From Acidobacteriota bacterium (GTDB taxonomy: Bacteria > Acidobacteriota > Thermoanaerobaculia > Multivoradales > UBA5704), in assembly GCA_040005235.1 (NCBI GenBank), contig JBDTZG010000061.1:1-29585 (forward strand): 29,585 nucleotides of DNA, written 5' to 3'. The position numbers and the translations under genes were made by a program. Position 1 is the first letter of the stretch. Every line of letters begins with the position of its first letter. Below the pieces are notes generated by a model. That model had not been told where the DNA came from, did no database searches, and saw only the letters and a program-made list of their open reading frames with translations. This document shows positions 18,563 to 27,254 of this stretch, in pieces.

Positions 18563-19919
18563 AGGCGTCGAGCATCGCCTCTGGGCGATCCTCGGCACGC
18601 TCTGGCTGACGCTGCTCGTCACCGCCTGCGCTTCGGCGCCGCCGCCGAAGGGCCCGGAGCCGAAGCGGCCCGAGGTTCGCACACTCGACCTGGCTGCCGA
18701 GGAAAGAGCCTTTCTGGTCGAACCGACGGCCGGTTTCGCCGGTCCTCTGGCCACCGAACGCCACGACGAGATCCTCGCCGCCCACGAGGCGCTGATGCAG
18801 AAGGGCGACCTCGCCGAAGCCGAAAGCGTGTCCGCCCGTCTGCTCGCCGCCGAGCCCAATCTGCCCCCGGCTCAGGTGCTGGCGGCGCAGGTCGAATTCG
18901 CCCGAGACGACCTGGCGGCGGTGCTCCGGCGCTTGTCCCCGCCCTCTCCGGTAGCGCCGGGGGCGTGTGCCGCCGATTACACCGCCTGCCAACTGCTGAT
19001 CGGCCGCGCCGCTGAACGGAGCGGCAAGATTTCGCTTGCCTATGGTGCCTACCGAAGCGTGGCGGCGCGCAGTCCCACGGCGTTTTCCCGCACCGGAGCA
19101 CTCCACGCCCAGGCGCTTAGCGCCACCCGCCAGCGGGTGGTTGAAGAGCTGACTCTCGGCGAGGTCGACATCGCCAAGGCGCAGTTGCGCCTGCTCGAAC
19201 AGTGGGCGCCCTCGGAGATCGCGACCTACGAGGCCGCCGCGGCCGTGGCGCACGCCGCCGCAGAGCCGCAGGCGGAGCTTCAGGCGATGCGCAAGCTCAC
19301 CGAACGCAAGCCCGACGACCGGTCGCTCCTGGAGCGGCGCGCCGACCTCGAAATGGAGTTCGGCGAGCCGAGCGCAGGCCTGGAGATCGTCAAGGCGCTG
19401 TCCGAACGCTTTCCGCGCGACCCCGCCCTTGCGGCCCGCCTGGACGTGACCAAATTTCGCTGGCGCCTCGCGGCCCTGCCGCCCGACGTGCGCGCCATGT
19501 CTCACGAGGCGAGTCTAACGCGCGGCGAGCTGGCGGTTTTGTTCTATTGGCTGATCCCCAACGTCCGTTATTCGAAACCGTCGGCAGGCCGGATCGCCGC
19601 CGATGTGCTCGATCAGGCGCGCCAGGACGAGATCGTCCGGGTGCTTAACCTCGGCCTGATGGACGTCGACGGCGATCTCCACCGTTTCTTTCCCACCAGC
19701 CCGGCCCGGCGTACCGCGGCGCTCGGCGCGCTGATCCGCGCGCTCGGCCGGTTCGGCAGAGGCCTTACCTGTGTCGAGATGGCCGGCGGCACCTGCGCGG
19801 TTGCCGCCCGCTGCGGCCTGTTGGCTTCGGTGGACGAATGCCGCCCGCGCGAGCCGCTCTCCGGCGCGGAAGCGGTCGAGATGATCCGGCTGGGGCTCAA
19901 AGCCCTGGGTGCCTCGTGA
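18522..19919 (+). CDS. TPR-repeat lipoprotein with C-terminal SLH-like domain
   Basis: Hydrophobic leader with lipobox LVTAC, helical TPR-like repeats, and LTRGELA...GLM...FFP resembling S-layer homology motifs. Start uncertain. Confidence 0.6.
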   Translation: MPSPRSRRPLLSLKGVEHRLWAILGTLWLTLLVTACASAPPPKGPEPKRPEVRTLDLAAEERAFLVEPTAGFAGPLATERHDEILAAHEALMQKGDLAEAESVSARLLAAEPNLPPAQVLAAQVEFARDDLAAVLRRLSPPSPVAPGACAADYTACQLLIGRAAERSGKISLAYGAYRSVAARSPTAFSRTGALHAQALSATRQRVVEELTLGEVDIAKAQLRLLEQWAPSEIATYEAAAAVAHAAAEPQAELQAMRKLTERKPDDRSLLERRADLEMEFGEPSAGLEIVKALSERFPRDPALAARLDVTKFRWRLAALPPDVRAMSHEASLTRGELAVLFYWLIPNVRYSKPSAGRIAADVLDQARQDEIVRVLNLGLMDVDGDLHRFFPTSPARRTAALGALIRALGRFGRGLTCVEMAGGTCAVAARCGLLASVDECRPREPLSGAEAVEMIRLGLKALGAS

Positions 19920-20506
19920 GCCTGACGATCCCGAACCTGCTCTCCCTTTTGCGGATGGCGCTGGTCCCGGTCTTCATCATCGCGGTGCGTTACGGCGAGC
20001 CGAAAAAGGCGCTGCTGATTTTCCTCGCCGCCGGCATCACCGATGCGCTCGACGGATTCATCGCGCGGATTGCTAAGCAGCAGTCGCTGCTCGGCACCTA
20101 CCTCGACCCGATCGCCGACAAGCTGCTGCTCACTTCGGCCTGGGTCGTCCTCGCGATTCCCAACCTCGGCCAATCGGCGCCCGTCCCGCTCTGGGTCACC
20201 ATCCTGGTGATCTCGCGCGACCTGTTGATCTTGATCGTCGCGCTGGTCCTCTACCTGGCTCTCGGGGTGCGCAACTTCCCGCCGACCGTGATCAGCAAGG
20301 TGACGACGGTCGTTCAGGTAACCACGGTGGTCGTGGTACTGATCGCCGGCATAGCCGCCAACGAGACCGCCCGCCTGGCCGTGGCGCTCGATTTTCTCGC
20401 CGATTTCTTCATCTACCTGACGGCGGCGCTCACCCTCGCCTCGGGGCTCTATTACGTCTACCGTTCGAGCAGTCTGGTCGGCGACAAAGACCGCGCGGTC
20501 CAGTAG
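19916..20506 (+). CDS. CDP-alcohol phosphatidyltransferase (PgsA/cardiolipin synthase-like)
   Basis: TIPNLLSLLR and the motif D-A-L-D-G-F-I-A-R...G-T-Y-L-D-P-I-A-D-K. GTG start overlaps the upstream TGA. Confidence 0.9.
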   Translation: MSLTIPNLLSLLRMALVPVFIIAVRYGEPKKALLIFLAAGITDALDGFIARIAKQQSLLGTYLDPIADKLLLTSAWVVLAIPNLGQSAPVPLWVTILVISRDLLILIVALVLYLALGVRNFPPTVISKVTTVVQVTTVVVVLIAGIAANETARLAVALDFLADFFIYLTAALTLASGLYYVYRSSSLVGDKDRAVQ

Positions 20507-20512
20507 GTTCTA

Positions 20513-22276
20513 CTACCGCTTCCGACGTCCCTGAAGCGCCTTCAGCGCCTCGATCGGGCGGCGATCCGGGGCCATCAGGCGGATCGCTTGGCGAAGCGCG
20601 GCCTCCGCATCATCCAGCTCCCCAAGCGCTCCGGCGACTTCACCGAGGTATAGGGCCGCCTGGCCGCAGCGCGGATCGACGCGCAAGGCTTCCTTGAGGT
20701 CGTTGGCCGCCTGGCGGACGATCGACGGCGCTCCGGGCGCGTAGTGGAACCGGGCGTAGGCCAGCTCGGCCCGGTAGAGGCCGTTGCCCGGGTCGCAGTC
20801 GGCCGCGAATTCGAGCAGCTGAATCGCCTCTTTGCTCCGCCCGGCCTCCAATTGGGCCAACGCCTTGCGGAACTGCGCCTCCGGATCGAGCAGGTCGGTC
20901 TTGATCTTGAACCGGTCCGGATCGGGGCGCCGCTCGCGCTCCTCGCGCAGGGTTCTGCGGCGGAACAGCAGAGTCCCCCGGCTTTCGGCATCGACAAGCT
21001 GAGAATAGGCCCGGGCGCCGGTGGTAAACAGCTCGCGCGCCTTCTCCTCCAGGTCGGTGCCGGCGAAGCTCCAAGGGGCCGAGCGCTCGGCGAAGGCGAG
21101 AAACCGGGCCTCGATCAACGGCGGCGCCGCATCCTCGGACAGGCCGAGCAGGTCGAACGGATCGAGCCTTCGATGAGAAAGATAAATCTGCATCAGATCG
21201 TTGCGTCGCTGCTCGCTCGCCCCGATCGGGGCCGGGGGGGAGGCCGCGGCGGTCGGGGGAGTCGGCCGCAACTTGACGATCGGCACCTGGCGGGTGGCGA
21301 GCTCTGGAGTGACAGCGACCGTTGGGCGAGGCGGAATTGGAGCCGCGGCGGCAGTGGCAACTGCTGCGGCCGCCGCGGGCGAAAAGATCGGAATCGCCCC
21401 GGTCCTGGCGGGCGGCCGGTCGAGCGCCACTACCGAGCCCAGGAGAGCCAGGGCATAGAGCAGGCGGGCGATCTCATCGAGCGGGAGCCCGGCGGCCTCG
21501 ACCAGCTCGTGCAGCTGGCGCGGTGTCTTAAGTGCCTCGGAAAGGCGCTGTTGTGCGGCGGAAAGCTTCAGCTCGGCCACCGGGAAGAACGGGTCGGGAG
21601 AGAGCGCCAGGTGTTTGCCGACGAGCGGGGCGATCGCGGCGTCGACCTCTTCCTGCGGAGCGAAGCGGATGATGCCGGTGGCGATCAGCTGCGGCACCCT
21701 GACTTTGAGGGGCGATTCGGCGGTCGGCGGTTCCCCGGAGATCCGAAACTCCCCCTGGCGCCAGGTGAACAGGTCGAGCAGCTTTTTGGCCAGGTTCTGT
21801 TGCAGCAGCCTAAACAGCTCCTCGCCGCCGATCAGCCCCCGCTGGATTAAGACCTCCCCCAGCGGCAGGCTCTGAGCCACGGTCTGCGTGAGCGAACTAT
21901 GGAACTCCTCCTCGCTGATCCGGCCGGCGGCGACCATGAACCGGCCGAGCGTTTCATGCGCCAGATTGGAGCGACAATCGACCGGGACCCCCGCTTCGAG
22001 CACGATCTTTTTGCTCACCGGCGGACGGCGCAGCTCGATCACCGCGGTGTGTCCATGGACGGCATGGGCCAGCAGCAGCACGGCGAACGGCGTTTCCTCG
22101 ATCCGCCCTTCGGAGCTGCGGAGCAGCCGCTCCAGGTCCTCGCGCTTAGGAATCAGGGGAGGAGGCCTCGGTCGGGGGTGAAACGGCGGTCGAAAGTGAA
22201 TTCTCTGAGCATTGGAAAACGAGGCGAAAAGAGAGCGGAAAGGTAGCGCGGACCTCGGTTTTTCGTCAAGGAGCAC
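20513..22276 (-). CDS. DUF4388/PATAN-like + MshEN-like + degenerate J-domain + TPR protein
   Basis: G.I..TPFAVLL, KKIVLEAGVP, LFTWRQGEFR; tandem LGxxxxxxGxI motifs; Pro/Ala-rich linker; DPFDLLGL..DA; C-terminal TPRs. True start may be near 22160. Confidence 0.7.
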   Translation of the reverse strand: MLLDEKPRSALPFRSLFASFSNAQRIHFRPPFHPRPRPPPLIPKREDLERLLRSSEGRIEETPFAVLLLAHAVHGHTAVIELRRPPVSKKIVLEAGVPVDCRSNLAHETLGRFMVAAGRISEEEFHSSLTQTVAQSLPLGEVLIQRGLIGGEELFRLLQQNLAKKLLDLFTWRQGEFRISGEPPTAESPLKVRVPQLIATGIIRFAPQEEVDAAIAPLVGKHLALSPDPFFPVAELKLSAAQQRLSEALKTPRQLHELVEAAGLPLDEIARLLYALALLGSVVALDRPPARTGAIPIFSPAAAAAVATAAAAPIPPRPTVAVTPELATRQVPIVKLRPTPPTAAASPPAPIGASEQRRNDLMQIYLSHRRLDPFDLLGLSEDAAPPLIEARFLAFAERSAPWSFAGTDLEEKARELFTTGARAYSQLVDAESRGTLLFRRRTLREERERRPDPDRFKIKTDLLDPEAQFRKALAQLEAGRSKEAIQLLEFAADCDPGNGLYRAELAYARFHYAPGAPSIVRQAANDLKEALRVDPRCGQAALYLGEVAGALGELDDAEAALRQAIRLMAPDRRPIEALKALQGRRKR

Positions 22277-22346
22277 CGCCGGAAGCGTTTGGGGGCGGCG
22301 GCGCGCGACCGTCCGCCCCTACTTTCGCGCTATACTTCTCAATCTG

Positions 22347-22694
22347 ATGTTCGAACGGTTCCAGCGTAGCCGCATCGGCCTTTTCACCGCTCTCGCGGTG
22401 TTTCTGGCGATCCCCGTCCTAGGGCCGGCGCTTTGCGAATGCGCGGACAAGGCGAGCGCTTCCACTGTTTCAGAGACCGGATGCCACGGCCACGAAGCGC
22501 GCGAGCACGGAGAATCGCACGACAAGATCCCGGCTTCCGCGGCTCACTGCGGCATGGCCTGTCACACGGCAGCCGAGGTTCAGGTGACCGTCCAGGCTGA
22601 GGGGACGATCGCCACTTTGGATGATCTCGTCGAAACGATGCCGGGTCCGCTCGCGCCTCCGGCGTTCGACATCGACCACATTCCCCTCGCTTAG
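22347..22694 (+). CDS. Small Cys/His-rich exported/membrane protein upstream of the copper operon (DUF2946/CutF/CruR-like candidate leader)
   Basis: N-terminal hydrophobic helix, CEC, CHGH, HCGMACH and Pro-rich C-terminus (PLAPPAFDIDHIPLA). TATACT at 22331-22336 lies just upstream of ATG 22347. Confidence 0.6.
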   Translation: MFERFQRSRIGLFTALAVFLAIPVLGPALCECADKASASTVSETGCHGHEAREHGESHDKIPASAAHCGMACHTAAEVQVTVQAEGTIATLDDLVETMPGPLAPPAFDIDHIPLA

Positions 22695-22903
22695 CCTCCT
22701 CGCTCAACTTCACCCGTAGATCTTCTAGCCTGAGCGCCCGAGTGCGTTTCGGTCAGGTCGTGCCGCTTACGTAGGGTGCGGCCCGCGGTGGCCGTCCGCC
22801 CTCCGTTGCCCGGCTTGGAGAGATCACCCTTCACGGATTCACCTGCCCACAAAGGCCGGAGTCCGTCGGTTCGCCGACCCCGGCCCAACGAGGAGTCTCA
22901 ACG

Positions 22904-23377
22904 ATGTCTTCGAAGTCCAGGTCCGGTGTTGGGGCTCGCCGCCCGCGGCAGCTCAATCTACGTTTACTTCTCCTCGCGGTTGCCGTGCCGGTGGCGCTCG
23001 CCTGGGGTGGCTGTGCCTCCACCGCTCGCGCTCCCCTTGAGCCGGCCGCTCTGAGCGCCGCGAGCGCGACCGCCCCAGAAGGTGCCTACCCGGCCGCCTT
23101 GCCGGAGCTCCTGGCGGACGGCCGGCAATGGCTTGCCCCACGGATCGGCGGCGGCGCGGCCGGATCTTCGGTGGCCGGCGAAGCGACCGACGGCGACATG
23201 AAGGGGATGGAAGGAATGGAAGGCATGAAAGGAATGGAAGGCATGGGAAGCGAGAAAACCGAAGCACCGACCTACGTCTGTCCGATGCATCCGGAAGTCC
23301 ATTCCGACCACCCGGGGACCTGCCCGAAGTGTGGGATGACGTTGGAGAAGAAGCCGGCCGGGGAGGGCAAACCGTGA
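22904..23377 (+). CDS. Lipoprotein with Met-rich tract and heavy-metal-binding domain (HMBD)
   Basis: Lipobox-like WGGC, (MxG)n repeat, YVCPMHPEV..DHPGTCPKCGMTL; RBS GAGGAG at 22890-22895. Confidence 0.85.
   Translation: MSSKSRSGVGARRPRQLNLRLLLLAVAVPVALAWGGCASTARAPLEPAALSAASATAPEGAYPAALPELLADGRQWLAPRIGGGAAGSSVAGEATDGDMKGMEGMEGMKGMEGMGSEKTEAPTYVCPMHPEVHSDHPGTCPKCGMTLEKKPAGEGKP
23198..23251 (+). repeat. Six 9-bp tandem coding repeats (ATG-RAR-GGN) encoding MKG/MEG
   Basis: atgaagggg atggaagga atggaaggc atgaaagga atggaaggc atgggaagc. Confidence 0.85.
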
Positions 23378-24765
23378 GCTTTCCGAGCACACTTCTCGCG
23401 CGATTCGGACTCACCCTCTTGGGGCTCTATGGGGTGGGGTGCGCGAGCGTCGATCCTCGGCCGAGCTTCGATTCGGTGCGGGCACTGACGGCCTCTCGGC
23501 TGGGCGCGGAAGTCGGCTGGCGTCAGGACCACGATGCTCTCGCCACAGCGAATCGCCGGGTCGGAGAGATCCTCGCGGCGCCGCTCTCCGCAGACGGTGC
23601 CGTCGAGGTGGCGTTGCTCCGCAATCCGAGACTTCAGGCACGGCTCGAAGAGCTTGGGATCGCCCAGGCGGACCTTGCGCAGGCGAGCCTGCTCGCCAAC
23701 CCCCATCTCTCGGTGGCGCGCCTCGACGCCCAAGGTTCGGCCTCCGGGCGGCAGACTACCCTGGCGCTCGAAATCCAGGTGCTCGATTGGCTCGTCCAGC
23801 CGCTGCGCCGACGGATGGCCGAGCGCGACCTGGAGCGCGTTCGCTTCGAGATCGGCCACGCGATCCTCGAAACTGCCGCGGAAGCGCGCAACGCACTGGT
23901 CGAGACGGAGGCTGCGGAGCAACTGATCGGTCGGCTGCAGTTGATCGCTGAGATCGACCGCACCGCGGCCGAGTTTTCCGAGAAGCTGTTCGACGCCGGC
24001 AATCTCGGAGCGCTCGAGTTGGCCCAGTCGCGTGCCGCCTGGGCGCAAACCCAAGCCGACATCGCGATGGCGAAAGCCGAAGCCCGCCGTCTGCGCGAGC
24101 GGGTGAATCGGGCTCTCGGTCTTTTCGGCGAGGACATCGCGTGGACCTCTCCTACCGAGCTGCCGGAGTTGCCGCCGACGGAGGTCGATCTTTCTGGGCT
24201 GGAGAGCCTGGCGATGCGCCAGCGACTCGACCTCGCGGCTGGAAGATCTGCGGTCGACGCGATCGGCAAGGCGCTCGCGCTCAAAAAGGGGACCCGCTTC
24301 TTTCCCGTAGGCATCGACCTCGGCGTCGAGACGGAAAAGGAGCTCGACGGCGTTCGGATCACCGGCCCGACACTCAAGCTGCAAATCCCGATCTTCGACA
24401 CCGGCAGGGCCTCGGTCGCGCGCCTGGAATCGCAGTTGCGCCAAGCGAGGTGGATGCTCGAAGCCATGGCGGTCGATGCTCGCTCTGAGGTGCGCGAGAA
24501 GCGGGACGATCTGATCGCCGCCCGCGACCGAACATCGTTCTTTTCCGAGGCGCTGCTGCCGCTCCGGGCGCAGATCCTCGATCTGACTCTCCGTCACTAC
24601 AACATGATGCTTCGAGGCACCTATGACGTGCTGCTTGCCCGCCAACGCGAGGTGGAGGCGGAGCGCGGCTACATCATGGCGCTGCGCGACTACTGGCTCG
24701 CCCGGGGTGCGCTCGAACGGGCGGCGGCCGGTCGCCTCGATGCACCTGGAAAGGAAGTGAACTGA
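23374..24765 (+). CDS. TolC-family outer membrane protein, copper-resistance associated
   Basis: Lipobox GVGC, AVEVALLRNPRL, ADLAQASLLANP, LQIPIFD, ALRDYWLAR. GTG at 23374 overlaps the upstream TGA. Confidence 0.88.
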   Translation: MSFPSTLLARFGLTLLGLYGVGCASVDPRPSFDSVRALTASRLGAEVGWRQDHDALATANRRVGEILAAPLSADGAVEVALLRNPRLQARLEELGIAQADLAQASLLANPHLSVARLDAQGSASGRQTTLALEIQVLDWLVQPLRRRMAERDLERVRFEIGHAILETAAEARNALVETEAAEQLIGRLQLIAEIDRTAAEFSEKLFDAGNLGALELAQSRAAWAQTQADIAMAKAEARRLRERVNRALGLFGEDIAWTSPTELPELPPTEVDLSGLESLAMRQRLDLAAGRSAVDAIGKALALKKGTRFFPVGIDLGVETEKELDGVRITGPTLKLQIPIFDTGRASVARLESQLRQARWMLEAMAVDARSEVREKRDDLIAARDRTSFFSEALLPLRAQILDLTLRHYNMMLRGTYDVLLARQREVEAERGYIMALRDYWLARGALERAAAGRLDAPGKEVN

Positions 24766-26138
24766 TGATCACACGCAGAGCCTGGTTTTCGCGCGCCGCA
24801 ATGTTTGCGGGCGGCGCCGTACTGGCCGACCGCTTTGGAAGCGGCGCGGCCCGCGCCCAAATGACGGGCCACGATCATGGGTCCATGCCCGGCATGAAGC
24901 CCCCTCCACCTCAACCGAAACCGAGCGGACCGGCCGGAGCTGCGGTCGCCAAACCGCGGGGAAATCGAACGCCACGATCGGGCTACACCCCGGTGGTCAC
25001 CCCCGATCTGTCGTCGCTGCCCTGGCGGATGAATGCAGGAGTCAAAGAATTTCATTTGATTGCCGAAGAGGTGGAACGCGAGTTCGCGCCTGGGATGGTC
25101 GTCAAATGCTGGGGTTATAACGGCATGTCGCCGGGGCCGACGATCGAGGCGGTCGAGGGCGATCGCCTGCGCATCTTCGTTTCTAACCGGCTCCCCGAGC
25201 ACACCTCGGTGCACTGGCACGGCATTTTCACGCCGAACGGCATGGACGGTGTGTCCGGCCTTCTCCAACCGCCGATCCAGCCGGGAGAGACCTACGTCTA
25301 CGAGTTCACCTTGAAACAGCACGGGACCTTCATGTACCACCCGCATGCCGACGAGATGATTCAGATCGCGGTCGGCATGATGGGGTTCTTCATCGTCCAT
25401 CCCAAGGCACCGCGCGAGGAGCCGATCGATCGCGACTTCTGCCTCTTCCCGCACATGTGGGCGATCGATCCGGGAACGATGCGCCCGAACCCTAACGTCA
25501 TGCTCGACTTCAACATCTTCACCTTGAACGGCCGCGCCTTCCCCGGCACTTCGCCCTTGGTCGTTAAGCAAGGCGATCGCGTGCGTCTGCGCTTCGCCAA
25601 CGTCGGCATGACCAGCCACCCGATGCACATTCACGGGCATCGCTTCTGGGTGGTCGAGACCGACGGCGGACAGATCCCGAAAACGGCCTGGTGGCCCGAG
25701 ACCTCGCTCAACATCGCATCCGGAACCACCCGGGCGGTGGAATTCATCGCCAACGAACCGGGCGATTGGCCGCTCCATTGTCACAAGTCACATCACACGA
25801 TGAACGCGATGGGCCACGACGTGCCGAACGTGCTGGGCAGCGACCAGAGCGAGGTCGGCAACAAGGTCTCCGCCCTGGTGTCCGGATACATGGCCATGGG
25901 CTCGACCGGGATGGCCGAACATGCCCAGCACGCGGCGCATATGTCGAGCCTGCCGAACACCTTGCCGATGATGACCGGCACGGGACCCTACGGCTCGATC
26001 GAGATGGGCGGGATGTTCACCGTGATCAAAGTGCGCGAGCATCTCGCAAGCTACGACGATCCGGGCTGGTACGACCACCCCGCGGGAACGGTCGCCTGGA
26101 AGCTGGACGATCTGTCGAAGCTCCCTCCCGCCGGCTGA
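24765..26138 (+). CDS. Tat-exported multicopper oxidase (two cupredoxin domains + Met/His-rich tail)
   Basis: TRRAWF Tat motif; Cu ligands HWHG, YHPH, HPMHIHGH, HCHKSHH; C-terminal MGGMF..KVR...YDDPGWY. Confidence 0.92.
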   Translation: MITRRAWFSRAAMFAGGAVLADRFGSGAARAQMTGHDHGSMPGMKPPPPQPKPSGPAGAAVAKPRGNRTPRSGYTPVVTPDLSSLPWRMNAGVKEFHLIAEEVEREFAPGMVVKCWGYNGMSPGPTIEAVEGDRLRIFVSNRLPEHTSVHWHGIFTPNGMDGVSGLLQPPIQPGETYVYEFTLKQHGTFMYHPHADEMIQIAVGMMGFFIVHPKAPREEPIDRDFCLFPHMWAIDPGTMRPNPNVMLDFNIFTLNGRAFPGTSPLVVKQGDRVRLRFANVGMTSHPMHIHGHRFWVVETDGGQIPKTAWWPETSLNIASGTTRAVEFIANEPGDWPLHCHKSHHTMNAMGHDVPNVLGSDQSEVGNKVSALVSGYMAMGSTGMAEHAQHAAHMSSLPNTLPMMTGTGPYGSIEMGGMFTVIKVREHLASYDDPGWYDHPAGTVAWKLDDLSKLPPAG

Positions 26139-26153
26139 TCCGAGGAGAAACCG

Positions 26154-26798
26154 ATGCTCAAGAAATTCGGTCATTTCGTCCTTTGGTCGTTCGCCGTGGT
26201 GGGTCTGCTCGCCGCTCTCTTCTTCCTGTTCTTCCTCCAGGAGGGCTTCTCGGCACGTCCCGAGCCCTCGGCGATGGAGCAGCGCGCAGCACTTGCGGCG
26301 CGGCACTTCCTCATGCCCTCGGCGCGGGGAGGCGCCACAAATCCGGTTGTGCTCACGCCGGAGGTGCTGTCGCGAGCCCGCGCCCATTTCGCCGACCACT
26401 GCGCCACGTGCCACGGCAACGATGGTCGCGGCCAGACGGACTTCGGGCCGCGGATGTATCCGCGCGTTCCCGACATGAACCAGGCGCGCACCCAAGGGCT
26501 CTCCGACGGCGAACTCTACTACGTGATCGAAAACGGCATTCGCCTCTCGGGCATGCCCGGCTTCGGGAGCGACAAGCCCGGCTCAGGGACCGCGAGCTGG
26601 GAACTGGTTCACTTCATCCGCCACCTGCCGAAGATCACCGAATCCGAACTCCACGAGATGGAGCGTCTCAACCCGGTCTCTCGCGCAGCCCTCGAAGAGG
26701 AGCTGGCCGACGAGAGCTTCCTCGGCAAGGAGACCTCCAAACCGTCTTCACCCATGCACCACGAAAAAGGAGATTCCCATGAATCGCACCACCACTGA
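26154..26798 (+). CDS. Membrane-anchored monoheme cytochrome c
   Basis: N-terminal TM helix, CATCHG, SDGELYYVIENGIRLSGMPGF, His-rich C-terminus. Confidence 0.88.
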   Translation: MLKKFGHFVLWSFAVVGLLAALFFLFFLQEGFSARPEPSAMEQRAALAARHFLMPSARGGATNPVVLTPEVLSRARAHFADHCATCHGNDGRGQTDFGPRMYPRVPDMNQARTQGLSDGELYYVIENGIRLSGMPGFGSDKPGSGTASWELVHFIRHLPKITESELHEMERLNPVSRAALEEELADESFLGKETSKPSSPMHHEKGDSHESHHH

Positions 26799-27132
26799 GA
26801 TGTTGCGTCGATCGGTCTCGATCGCCCTCGCTTTCGCCCTCCTCGGGGCCGTGACGCCCGCTCTGCGCGCGCACGAAGGGCACAACCACAACGAGCACAA
26901 GGAGCGATGTACCCTGCAGAAAATCGAATTGGGAAAGATCGAGATCAAGGCTGCGGATGGCGATCTTGAGACCGTCGTTCTCACCGCCGAGACGAAGGTC
27001 CTGCGCGGAGGCAAAGCGACCACTGCTGCTGACCTTAAGGTCGGCGAGAAGGCGATCGTGACCATGATCCACGAGAAGGTTGGCGTGCGTGCGATTGAGA
27101 TCCGCGTCGGTGCCGAGAAGAAAAGGCCGTGA
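26779..27132 (+). CDS. Small periplasmic His-rich protein, probable OB-fold metal chaperone
   Basis: Signal peptide ending ALRA-HEGHNH, beta-rich body with ETKVLRGGK...ADLKVGEK; AGGAG RBS. Confidence 0.65.
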   Translation: MNRTTTEMLRRSVSIALAFALLGAVTPALRAHEGHNHNEHKERCTLQKIELGKIEIKAADGDLETVVLTAETKVLRGGKATTAADLKVGEKAIVTMIHEKVGVRAIEIRVGAEKKRP

Positions 27133-27174
27133 AGCTCTAGGTTTTCGGGCTCGGTGGTGTTGATCGGAGATGAA

Positions 27175-27202
27175 GGCGACGGCGGGTTGCCCCGCCGTCG
27201 CC
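27175..27202. terminator. 12-bp GC stem-loop between convergent genes (probable terminator)
   Basis: ggcgacggcggg-ttgc-cccgccgtcgcc; only a weak U-tract. Confidence 0.55.
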
Positions 27203-27254
27203 ATGAGCCGCTTCCCGGTGGAAAGGAGCGGTTCGTTGCTCCCGGCGACGCGGC

